Shown: piece by piece, positions 26,851 through 38,329 of the stretch
Layout of the letters: the number at the start of each line of letters is the position of its first letter
Numbering within the stretch: the stretch's first letter is position 1
NCBI GenBank assembly: GCA_023213395.1
Contig: CM041465.1
Coordinates: forward strand, 211,241,741-211,305,740
From: Cycas panzhihuaensis
Lineage: Eukaryota; Plantae; Cycadophyta
Direction of reading: 5' to 3'
Length of the DNA: 64,000 nt
Notes under the pieces: generated by a model
What the model saw: the letters and a program-made list of their open reading frames with translations, nothing else
Databases searched by the model: none
Told to the model about the DNA's origin: nothing
Program-made: the position numbers and the translations under genes

Positions 26851-29800
26851 TGTCATCTACCATTGGTGGGCGACTCCCTTTGGCCTAATAGGCCATACCT
26901 TGAGATGCATATCTAAGGGGGCAATCCTCCCTAGTCTCACTTCAAAAGGGAATTCACTAATGAGGTAAAACTATGTTGACAACCTTGGGCTTACATAGCC
27001 CCTTTTGAAAGCTAATCCATGTCGCTAAAGCTTCTCCCTTATGCTTTAATGAGAGCTTAAACTGCTACCATGCTTTGAAATAAGCTTAAACTACCTTTGT
27101 ATATTTGTATATATCAGACTAGGATATGGATTTCTTAGGTTGCACAACTCTTTTACATTCCATATCCTCGCCTCCTTTATTTCATCATCCTTTCTTTTAT
27201 TTGTATATTTCCTTTTTATGCAATAACTATATATAAAAAAAAAATAAAAAACAATAGACAACCCTTTCAAAATCTAAAAAAAAAAAAAAGAAGAATAAAG
27301 AAACCCAAAAAATCTTACTTTGAAAGATGGTCGCTAATGAGGTAAAATTATAGTGGCCCACTTGGACTCATTAAGACCTACTCCCCTTAGGTATTTGAGG
27401 CATTACTTCATGTATTCAAGGGGCTTTGGGCTTCTAAGCCATATTTTAGGACCACCCCATCCATTTGGCTTTCCATTGAGGCAACGCCTTAGTTGTTTGT
27501 CATACCCACATTTATGCATGCTTAAGACTCATAGCCATTAGATTTGAGATTGATATGGTCACTAAATCTTTGTCCCTCCTAGCTTGTGCACCTCTATTTT
27601 AAAGTCTATAAGAGGCTAAACTAAGGGACACCCTCCTCGATTCACTACTAATGAGGCACCACTATGGAAGCCACTTCTCCATGTGATTCATATGCATTTA
27701 ATTTTTATTATTTTGCATCTCATGTCATTTGTGTTGGCATCACTCATCGTCTTCTAACTTTAGATTAAAGAGGTTTTGGTACCAAGGGGGAAATGTTTCT
27801 TGGCTTCCAGGAATAGGATTTGGACATTTGACCAAGTAAGGTAAGTTTAGGTATGTTCTCTACCCCTCTTCACTCTTTATTTATTTATATTTGAGATTAT
27901 GTAGTCAACACATGTTCATTTACTTACTTGTTGGTTAGTTCATGTCCATATTTATATGTCGATGACGATCAGGACCTTGGTCCATAGCTCTGATGTCCAC
28001 CTATTGGTTCTCTTGCGTTGGAAAAGGTGCCTCCTAACCCTCTACAACTTATTTATTTCCCATTGTTATTTCATTTTCGTTTGTTTAGCCTTATTTCTAC
28101 CTTTCTCCCACTTGATACTGATTGGTTGCTGCTTATAGACCCATTATTTATGAATTTATTTCACTACATATAGAAATTAGTAAAAAAAAAAAGTCAACTA
28201 TGTTGCATTACTAATTAGTATTATGACTACATTAATGGTACCAGTAAAATATTTTATGGTACCATATACATGTTTGTGGTACTGTGAATAAATTTGCAGT
28301 TCAGTTGTCACCAACTCAAATTCAAGTTTAATGGTAACAATCAGCTCATAAATAAAGATCTATCAGTTTCGGTAGGCTGCGTTGGTTCCAAATCAGGTTG
28401 CATCTATATAAAGAGGCTAAACATGCCTCAAATCACGAATTTTTACCCATTTCAAAGATCAAATTCATCAAACCATGAGCAAGACTCATGGTTTTTGGTT
28501 AATGGTTTTCCCCACATTATGGGTAGAAAACCACCAACCCATAACCTTTTGTCCATTTATAAATCCCATCTTTTTTCCAAAGGAAAGGAGGGAAACATTT
28601 GGACAAGAGTTACTACGTCATTATACTACTAAAATTTTGCTAGAACACTAGCAATTGGGAGCAAAAAACTAGCTACCATTGGGGATATTGCAAGTAAGCC
28701 ATCACAAGCTATTAGAGAGTCCTTGGGAAGAGATTTCATTGCCATTGGCCCATCATTCCTTTTCAAGGTATAGGTAATCCACTCTTCCTTTGCTAATGTA
28801 GGCCTTCTTTCTCTTTTATTCCTTCATCTTATTCATATTAGGATGTGTGATTCCATGACGAGAATGTGCTAGTGGGTTTCTTTGTTGTTCATCATCTCAT
28901 TGCTTAAGTGAGTCAAGTCTCCTCTATGTTATTTTTCTTGTTCTTCTTTGGATTTCTTGAAAACGCGAGGTTCGAGGAGATTTCCTAAGTACAACTTAGG
29001 AAACCACTCATATTTGGGGATGGTTGCCATCTTGAGGCATCCTAACCCATCTCATTTAAATCTTCTTTTGCTTATAGATTGAAGATTATTATTTTTATGC
29101 TTTCCATCACTCTTTTTGTGAGTTACACATATGATTGAATGTTATTAGTTATCTTATGGATCTCTTTCTTTTATGAGCTACCAATTCGTATGTAGGAAGG
29201 GAAACAATAACTCTCAAGGTCATCCTTTTTGCATATTTACTTAAAGAAAAAGGCTATAATAATTTCTCACATCGATTACCTTTCAAAGAGGTAAGCTTAA
29301 AGTTTATTTTGTCGTGTCTTTCTTTTGACTTAACAATTTTTGCTTCTCCATTTTATATCATAGAGACCTTCAACAAGCATAAATGCTACTAAAATTCTCT
29401 TAGATGTAAGTAAGTATTAGTCCCCATTTTTCTCATTACACAAGAGGCATCATGGTTCATGGGATAAGGCTATCGCTACTTTTATTGGACTATGGTTATT
29501 TCACTTGCCGAGGAGTCCTCTTCCCAAATCACCCACAAGCTTTTGGTGTAACAAAGAACTCGCAAGTGGTATCGAGCCCAAGTTCAAGGTTCAAATGCCA
29601 TGCATATATCGACAAAGCCCTTTCCCCATTGAGGTCCCCATGTACCCTTATTTAGGTGGAATTGTAACACAAGAAATATGTGCTCTGGTAGCCTCCTTGT
29701 CACGGAGAGTGTTGGACTATGGCTAGTTCACTTCTTGAGGAGTCCTCTTCCCAAATCACTGCGGGCTTTTGGTGTAATGACAAGTCATAACTTTGGCATT

Positions 29801-31059
29801 CGCTTCTTGGGTACATATCATCATTTCTTTTAGCTTGTTGACGCCATTTTTTTTCTTTAAAAAAAGGACAAGAAAAATAAAAGAAAAAAAAAAGGGGGGG
29901 GGGGGGAAGAAAGAAATTATAAAAAAAAGAAGAAGAAGAAAGGAAGAAGTAAAGGAAAGAATCTACTTAGTTTGCCTAGTTCCTTTTTTTCCTTTGTTTA
30001 TTTTTAGATAAGAAAAAGACAGAGAGAGTAGGAAAAGGAAATGATTTAATTTAGTTAGTTTATCATCATTATCTTTCCCCTCATTTTTCTCCTACATCAA
30101 AAAAAAAGAAAGAAAAAAGAAGATCAATTGCATCACATTCTTCTTTATTTACATTTGCATATCTATTGCATTGCATTTTTAGAGTTGGGGGTTAAATAAA
30201 TAGGTTGCATACTAGGTTTCAAACCTAAAACATAAGGAGGGATTGTATTAACACGAGTCCCGAATCTAAAAGGGTATGATGCAAACCCATTAATAATATA
30301 TTAGGTATATTCATCCAAATTAAAAAGAAAAAAGAAACGCATAGTTGCATTCTAGGAGTGTATCACATTTCCCCTTCTTTCATCATAGACACCATTTCAC
30401 GTCCAAAGGCCACCGATTCCTCTTGATGCACATGTGCCTTCATTTGAATGCCCTTAGTTTAGCCTCTTAGGCAACGAGGAATGGCTTTCCTTGTATATGC
30501 GCCGAGTAGTGCATAGGTGCCCTTTATTGGTGTCTTAGGATTCATTGCACACATGTAGGCCCCATACCCTAAGTCTATCGCCATTTAGTTGTAATCATCT
30601 TAAGTCATCCTGTAAGAAGTATTTTAATATATTTCATAGAAAAGCGATATAGTGGTAGGATTACAAAGTTATAATTTAACATAAATACTCATTTAAATTT
30701 ACATAGTTGTATAACTATTCATTATGGGAAAAACTATCATCTAAAGATAAATCTTATAATTTATACAAAATGTAAAATTATAAATGTGTAGTGTGAGGAC
30801 ATCATTATAAAAATTATTATTGAGGTGTTATTATTAACTTTTTAGATAACATTACCTAAGTTATCATATAAACATGATTCTTACACCACATGTGGAAATA
30901 ATTCAAGTAGACTATTGGATATATTTTTAAAATTATTATGACATTAGTGATATTGAAGATAAAATTTTAAAAGAAATAAAGTAGGGCATCTAGTGGGATA
31001 ATAACAACAACAATTTATTAGATGAAATAGGAATCTTTTCATGGTAAGTATATGCCATG

Positions 31060-33740
31060 GACCCTATTCATAATATAATATAATATGGATGACTTTTGCT
31101 TAGGGAGTTATGGTCATCACAAAATTTGTGTGATATGAGATAAATTGTTTAAAAGAAAGTGCATCTTGAAAGTGATATAAATAATCTATATTTATAAACA
31201 ATTGAGTACAAATTTCATATAAATTATGGAAAGTTATATAAAGCATAGATTTATTATAATTATGTATAAAAGTCTTATAAAATCAGATAAATTGTGGAAA
31301 AATAATTACATCTTGAAAGTTAATGAAAAATTAGTTCATGTTAATAATATTAGCTAAAAATAATATAATATGATGACGTCTGCCAAGGGATTGTGGTTGT
31401 TGTAAAATTCATGTAATGTGAGATAAATTGTTGAAAAAAAGTGCATCTTGAAAGTGATATAATATGCTTATATTTGTAAGTAATTAAGTACCAATGTTAT
31501 ATAAATTGTGGAAAGTTACATAAAGTCTATGTTTATTAGTAATTAACTACAAAAGTCTTATAAAATTAGATGAATCATGGGAAAGATGTGCATCCTGGAA
31601 CCTAATGAAAAACTAGTTCATATTAACAATTAATTAGTTTAACATAATATAATATGGATGATTTTCTGAAGGAGTTGTGGTTGTTGCAAATTTCATGTAA
31701 TATGGGATAAATTGTTGAAAGAAAGCGTATGTTAAATGTTAATAAAAAATTAATTCATAATAACAATTAATTAGCCAAAAGTAATATAATATAATATGGA
31801 AATTTTTTATTAAGAGGTTGTGGTGATTGCAAAAATCATGTAATATATGAGATAAATTATTAAAAGAAAGTGCATCTTGAGTGATGTAAAAGTCTATATT
31901 TATAAGTAATTAGATATAAATATCATATAAATTGTGAAAAGTTATATGAAGTTTATGTTTATTATTAATTACTTATAAAAATCTTATAAAATTAAATGAA
32001 TTAAAAGGAAATGCATCTTGAAGTTAATAAAAATTAGTTCATGTTAACAATTATTTAGCTAAAAATAATATAATATAATATAGATGATTTTTGCCAAGAG
32101 GCTATGGTCAACGCAAAAGTCATGTAATATATAAAATAAATTATTAAAAGAACGTGCATTTTGAAAATCATGTAAAGAGTCTATATTTACAAGTAATTTG
32201 GTATAAATGTCACATAAATTATAGAAAGTCATATAAAGTCTATGTTTATTACTAATTACTTACGAAAGTCTTATAAAGTTAGATGAATTGTGGAAAAGAA
32301 TTATATCTTGAAAGTCAATGCAAAATTAATTCATGTTAACAATTAATTAGTCAACATTAAAATAATATAATATGGACGATTTTTGTAAAGGGGTTGTGGT
32401 CATTGTAAAAGTCATATAATATGAGATAAATTGTTGAAAGAAAATGCATCTTCAAAGTGATATAAAAAGCCTACATTTATAAGTAATTAGGTACAAATGT
32501 CATATAAATTATGGAAAATTATATAAAGTCTATGTTTATTACTAATTACCTAGAAAAGTCTTATAAAATTAAATGATTTATGGAAAAGAAGTGCATGTTT
32601 GAAGTTAATGAAAAATTAGTTAATTAATTTAACAATTAATTAGCTAAAAATAATATAATATAATATGGACTATTTTTGCCAAGGAGTTGTGGATGTGCAA
32701 AAAGTCATGTAGTATGAGATACATTGTTAGAAAAAAAATGTATCTAAAAAGTGATGTAAAGAGTTTATATTTATAAGTAATTCAGTACAAATACCATAAA
32801 AATTGTTGAAAGTTCTATAAAGTCTATGTTTATTACTAACTACCTACAAAAGTCTTATAAAATCAGAGAAATTGTGGAAAAGAATTACATCTTGAAAGTT
32901 AATGAAAAAATAGTTTGTTCTAACAATTAACTAGCCAAAATTAATATAATATAATATGAATGATTTTTGTTAAAGAATTACCATGATTACAAAAGTCACA
33001 TGATATGAAATAAATTATTGATAGAAAACACATCTTGAAAGTGATATAAAAAGCCTATATTTATAAGTAATTGAGTAGAAATGCCATAAAAATTATATAA
33101 AATCTATGTTTATTATTACTATTTTTTTTTTTTTTTTTTATTAGCGAGGAGGGGACTCGACTCACGCACACAACCGGAAGAAGGCCGGGCTTACACGCCC
33201 AGAGCCCTTTCGGCCGACCCGTGGGTTGAGAGACGCCATTCTCCCCCGGCCACACACACTCACCCCTATACCCCATCCTCGAGCTCCGGGGGTATAATCC
33301 TTTAACGTCCGTGCCGTCTACCACCGCAGCCGCTAGCAACAACACCTGGACGGTCCCAAGGACACCGCAGCGACAAGGCTCCCGGGCTCGAACTTGAGGT
33401 TTATTATTACTAATTGGTTACAAAAGTCTTATAAAATATTCCTATTAAAAGGTGCTTAAGGACAACTTGTATGAACTACCTAAGTTTTTCTAATGGCTTA
33501 TGAATTATAAAAGAAGATGCATCATGAAAATTAATCAAAATTAATTCATATTAACAATTAATTAGTTAAAAATAATATAATATAAACATTTTTTTATTAA
33601 AGAGACTTTAGTAGTTGCAAAAGTCATGTAATATAAAATTGCATGATATAAAGAGTCTATATTTATAAGTGATTGGGTATCAAAGTTATATAAAGTATAT
33701 GTTTATCACTAATTATCTACAAAATTCTTATAAAATCAAA
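31060..33740. repeat. AT-rich tandem array, ~284-293 bp unit, about 9 copies (one half-length)
   Basis: The AATATAATATGGATGA-type anchor recurs near 31084, 31369, 31653, 31795, 32079, 32371, 32664, 32955 and 33584. Each unit has GCATCTTGAAAGTGA and AAAAGTCTTATAAAAT blocks. Confidence 0.93.
33122..33398 (-). mobile_element. 5'-truncated tRNA-derived SINE with poly(A) tail and 14-bp TSD
   Basis: The TSD GTTTATTATTACTA is at 33108-33121 and 33399-33412, with T18 at 33122-33139. The minus strand starts CTCAAGTTCGAGCCC (Pol III B box) with no A box. The body is GC- and CpG-rich inside an AT-rich array. Confidence 0.88.
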
Positions 33741-33811
33741 AATTTTGTGTGTGTTCTCAGATCGAGAAGGAGAAAATCATTCGGAGGCATTCAAATTGAG
33801 TGATTGGCAAG

Positions 33812-36800
33812 ATGGATCTGCTGAAATTGAAACTGTTGTTTCTTCTATTCACCTTTGCAATTCCCTTTTCGTCCTCATCGCCTCCATCTCATCCGCATTC
33901 CCATCCCCACCTCAACAACGCTACCGATCAACACTCTCTTTTGCAATTCAAGGCCAAAATCTTTTACGACCCCCAAAATGTATTGCTCCACTGGAATCCC
34001 AATCGCACTGCATTTTGCAATTGGACCGGAGTTACTTGCAGCCCAAGGAGGGACAGGGTGGTGCTTCTCAACCTCGCAGATATGGCTCTCCAAGGTTATC
34101 TCTCTCCTTTCCTCGCCAATTTGTCATTTCTTCGTCAATTACGGCTTCGCAATAATAGTTTTTATGGAGATATTCCGCCAGAATTTGGGCACCTTCGTCG
34201 GTTGAGAAAGCTTTTCCTTTCGTATAACCCTCTGAGCGGACGCATTCCCTCTGAACTCGGCCTCCTCACCAATCTAGAGGTTCTTGCGTTGAGATCAAAT
34301 AGCCAGACAGGTACCATTCCCTCTTCCTTGGCCAACATCTCGTCCTTGACTCATTTGGAATTGGGTACAAACAATTTGTCCGGCGTCATCTCCCCTGCAT
34401 TCGGAACACTCGCCCACTTGAAAGTGTTCCACATAGTGCAAAGCCGAGTGTCAGGGAGCATTCCCTCTTCGTTGGCAAATATCTCCACTTTGATTGACTT
34501 GGATCTTCGTTCAAATCACCTCAGCGGTGTCATTCCTCCCCAATTCGGTCGTCTTACAAATCTCAACTCGCTTACCTTGTACCAAAACTACTTGGGAGGA
34601 TCAATTCCTTCTTCCCTATCCAACTGCACCTCTCTCAAAATTCTGTCTTTAGCACAAAACGATTTAGTTGGACGCATTCCATCGGAGTTGGGCTACAAAC
34701 TCCCCAACCTTCAACAAGTTTATCTGTGGACAAATCGGTTGAGTGGCAACATTCCAAACTCTTTTGGCAATTGTTCCCAACACACAATACTCGACCTATC
34801 CCAAAATCAGCTGAGCGGGATGGTGCCAATAGAGCTGGGTAAGTTGGCTCTCCTTCAATCGCTTCTTTTGTGGGGAAATCAACTTGTTAGTGGAAGCGGT
34901 ACCGAATGGCCCTTTCTTACACATCTCACCAATTGCTCCCTCTTACAACTGTTAGATTTGGACCAGAATCGACTGACTGGCGTTTTGCCTTCTGTTATAG
35001 GCCAGTTTTCTACCAAACTCTCCTCCCTAGGCTTAGGACACAACTTTATAGGAGGAACAATACCCCAGCAGATTGGCAATCTAACCAACTTGACATTCCT
35101 GGCTTTGGATCACAATCTCTTCAGCGGCAGCATTCCATCGGAATTCAAAAGACTCCAAAAGCTGGAAAGATTGGATTTGAGCGACAACAAATTAGAAGGG
35201 AGCATCCCGAGCGAGATGGGTGAACTGCAAAGCTTAGGACTCTTGTCACTTGAGGAAAACGTGCTCTCTGGACCAATTCCCCCTTCTCTTGGTCATCTCC
35301 AGCAACTCAGAAGGCTTTATCTTTCGAAAAACCAATTATCAGGAAACATACCTGCAGCTCTTGGCAACTGTTGGCGTCTGGAACTGCTCGACCTGTCCTA
35401 CAACAGACTTCATGGAAACATACCGCCAGAGGTTGCGGGTCTACAAAATCTACTGTTCTATTTCAACCTCTCAAGCAATTCCCTCCAAGGCTCCCTCCCC
35501 CCCGAGATTGGTAAAATGGTAATGACTCAAGCCATAGACATCTCTGCCAATCGGCTGTCTGAATTCATTCCAACCACACTTGGAAGCTGCGCAGCGTTAG
35601 AGTACCTGAATCTATCTCATAATGCCTTGCAAGGTCCAATTTCACTTTCACTCGGAAATATAAAAGGTCTCCGAGACATGGATCTCTCTTCCAACAAGCT
35701 GTGGGGTACAATACCAAAGTCTCTGGAGAAACTCCATATGCTTACGCACCTGAATTTCTCGTACAACAACCTCACTGGAGAAGTTCCAAAGGGAGGGAAT
35801 TTTGCAAATTTTAGTAATGCATCATTTATGGGAAATCCCAGACTCTGTGCACCATGGATACACTTGCCTGCCTGTCCCAATTCCACCCCTTTGAAACAAA
35901 CAGGGCATTCGTCTCTCAAAAGAGTAATACTACCAATTGCAAGCGTTGGTGTTTTTATTCTCTGCTGTTTACTCACAGGATTCTTTTGGAGCAGGAAGAG
36001 TCTACATCTCCCAAAAACCTTTGCATTAAAACGGGAGCTCCCTATTATTTCGTATCAACAAATTACCGAAGCGACTGACGGATTTAGCGTGGGCAACCTG
36101 CTTGGAGTCGGTAGTTTTGGATCAGTCTATAAAGGGATTTTAGGGGATGGCACAACGATTGCAGTCAAGGTTTTTAATTTGCAGGATGAAGAGCGCAATG
36201 GAAGTTTCAAAAAGGAATGCGAAGTATTGAGGAGAGTTCGTCACCGGAACCTTGTTAGAATTGTGACCTCGTGTTCCACCCTTAATTTCAGAGCGTTGGT
36301 CCTTCAATTCATGGCAAAGGGAAGCTTGGAAAAGAATCTGTATCCTGATGACACGAACGAAGGTGAGGATGGGAATGGTTGTTCATTGAACTTGCTCAAC
36401 CGATTGAACATTTCCATAGACGTAGCCCACGGCATGCAATACCTGCATCATGATTGCCATGTTCGAGTTCTGCATTGCGATCTAAAGCCGAGCAACGTGC
36501 TTTTAGATGACGACATGACAGCACACATTACCGATTTTGGCCTGACTCGAATTATTTGTCCCACCTCTGAGGATTCCTTCACTTCAACACTGCGAGGATC
36601 CATCGGGTACATCGCCCCAGGTTTGGTTTTTCGGTTCAAATCATCAAAATGCTATCTCTCTTTTTTCCCTCGTGTATTTCATAAGTAGAATGAAACTTTA
36701 AAGATGATGGCTTGAATACAGAGTACGGATTAGGACGAAGGGCTTCAACGAAGGGGGATGTTTACAGCTATGGCATTCTGTTATTGGAGATGCTGACCAG

Positions 36801-37185
36801 AAGAAGGCCCAGCAGTGACATGTTTGTAGGAGGACTGGACCTGCACAAGTGGGTGACCATGGCATTTCTTGAGAGATTGCTGGATGTTATCGACGGTAGC
36901 CTCCTGACAGACGTGAGTGAGGAAGGAATAGACGGGCATAACGTGCACAAATGTCTTAGGAAACTCATACTCGTGGGTTTGTTGTGCACAAAACAATCAC
37001 CTGAAGAAAGACCAAATATGAGAGATGTGGCGGGACTGTTGGAGAGTATCAGAGCAACATTTCTTGGAGTAACAAATAGAGGGGCTTTCAATTTACCGGC
37101 AGATATATCGTCCTTGTTAGATAGTAGAACTGTAAGACAGAACAATGGAGGAGCATCTGATAGCCAAACTTCCTCCACACAGTAG
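33812..37185 (+). CDS. LRR receptor-like Ser/Thr kinase, subfamily XII (EFR/XA21-like), non-RD; join(33812..36620,36722..37185), 1090 aa
   Basis: Signal peptide, then the LRRNT FCNWTGVTC, ~24 plant LRRs and the TM segment VILPIASVGVFILCCLLTGFFW. Kinase motifs GVGSFGSVY, VAVK-like IAVK, HCDLKPSN and DFG are present. GYIAP|EYG is split by the conserved phase-1 GT-AG intron. The frame is open throughout. Confidence 0.95.
36621..36721 (+). other. 101-bp GT-AG intron in the kinase domain
   Basis: CCAG|GTTTGG...ATACAG|AGTAC; splicing restores GYIAPEYG. Confidence 0.93.
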
Positions 37186-37838
37186 TTCATGTGTAGGAAA
37201 CATCAAATCCATTTTCGCATACTGCTGCTGCGTGAAACAGAACTGGCACAATTATCTGCTGTTGTGATAATGTAAGATCCCGCTCTGTTTTATGTGATCT
37301 CACCCAGGAAATATCACAAGAAATTATCATCTATATTGGTTGATGCATCCACGCAATCCTTTTGGATCGGTATTTGTTACATCTAAGCGCATTAATTAGT
37401 TTATAAAACTAAGGCTATGCAGTTATATCTCTTAACAGACACCACAAAATAGTTATTCATCAGTCGACCGTAGGAGCAGCGAAAGTAGACTGCAATCGAC
37501 TGTGGGAGCAGGGGGCTGCATAGTTTTCAAAGTTTACAAAATGAACATGCTACAATAAGAAATATTAAATTTACTAACAATAACAACGAACGAGTGGCTG
37601 GAGAAGGCTAAAATAAAATAAAATTATAGGCATTGAGTTGAGCAATCTACGTTAGGGCTGTTCGACATTCCAGATGACTCTTGTGTACAACAAGAAGGTG
37701 AAGCAGTAGTAGAAATTGTAAGGGTTTCTATGGCCAAGTCTAATGCTTTTGTCAACTAGAAAATACCTTAAATATGATCTTACATAAATTATGATTACAA
37801 ATTTATGCTATGATCATTGTTTCAAAGTGTGCACCTTC

Positions 37839-38106
37839 TAAATCTTTGTTGGGGTGAAATTTGGGATATTGTGCTCACAAATGATTCACTATATGCTTGG
37901 TAAGAGTGAACCCCTTGTAAATCCTTGTTGAGGTGAAATTGGGATATTGTGCTCATGAAAGATTCACTATATGCTTGGTAAGAGTGAACCACTTGTAAAT
38001 CTTTGTTGAGGTGAAATTTGGGATATTGTGCTCACGAAAGATTCACTATATGCTTGGTAAGAGTGAATCCCTAATCTCTCAATATGCTTGGTAAGAGTGA
38101 ACTCCT
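37839..38106. repeat. 78-79 bp minisatellite, 3 copies plus a partial copy
   Basis: TAAATCTTTGTTGAGGTGAAATTTGGGATATTGTGCTCA...ATATGCTTGGTAAGAGTGAA starts at 37839, 37918 and 37996; the partial copy is at ~38082. Confidence 0.93.
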
Positions 38107-38329
38107 AATCCCAACACATAAAGTCACATGAGTTGGAATTTACTTAGGAGGACTTCCACATTTTTTTAGCCGATCACTTAGATAAGAATCTCTCCTAAAA
38201 TACCACAAAATTACTCTCCTAAAAATAATCTTCACACATTATTGTCTCTATGATATTAATTACACCCTTTCACAATGAGGAATGTGGAGAGTGAAAGGTG
38301 TTATGATATGACAAGCAATCCATTTGCTC

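Larger units (their letters stand above)
21430..30610 (+). mobile_element. Tat-like copy C: integrase, antisense ORF remnant, extra RNase H, PPT and 3' LTR
   Basis: Integrase LCEKFKISHKTSSRYYPQAN (~21756) matches copy D. The RNase H motif STNNKVEYT is at ~26585. PPT AAGGGGGAAA (27784-27793) is followed by TGTTTC at 27794, which corresponds to the LTR terminus of copy D at 46244. The right boundary is approximate. Confidence 0.8.

Noticed and set aside
26957-26980. CTAATGAGGTAAAAC as a decayed hammerhead core (CUGAUGA...GAAAC)
   Set aside because: There is no room for stem II, and the less-decayed copy D also has CTA rather than CTG.
33061-33345. 94-aa minus-strand ORF
   Set aside because: It is a chance frame through the GC-rich SINE and its poly(A) tail.
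33300-33385. Twister or hammerhead ribozyme in the SINE (CGGTCCCAAG; GCCGAAAGG)
   Set aside because: The twister AAGC loop and downstream pseudoknot partner are missing, there is no CUGAUGA core, and simple hairpins explain the motifs.
31060-33740. CRISPR-like array
   Set aside because: The units are full-length degenerate repeats with no unique spacers, there are no cas genes, and the context is eukaryotic.
33800-33811. ORF-track start at GTG 33800 and end at 36688
   Set aside because: The eukaryotic start is ATG 33812, and the ORF tail 36621-36688 is intron read-through.
33745-37190. Short alternative-frame and antisense ORFs overlapping the RLK
   Set aside because: They are shadow ORFs of a coding region with no recognisable motifs.
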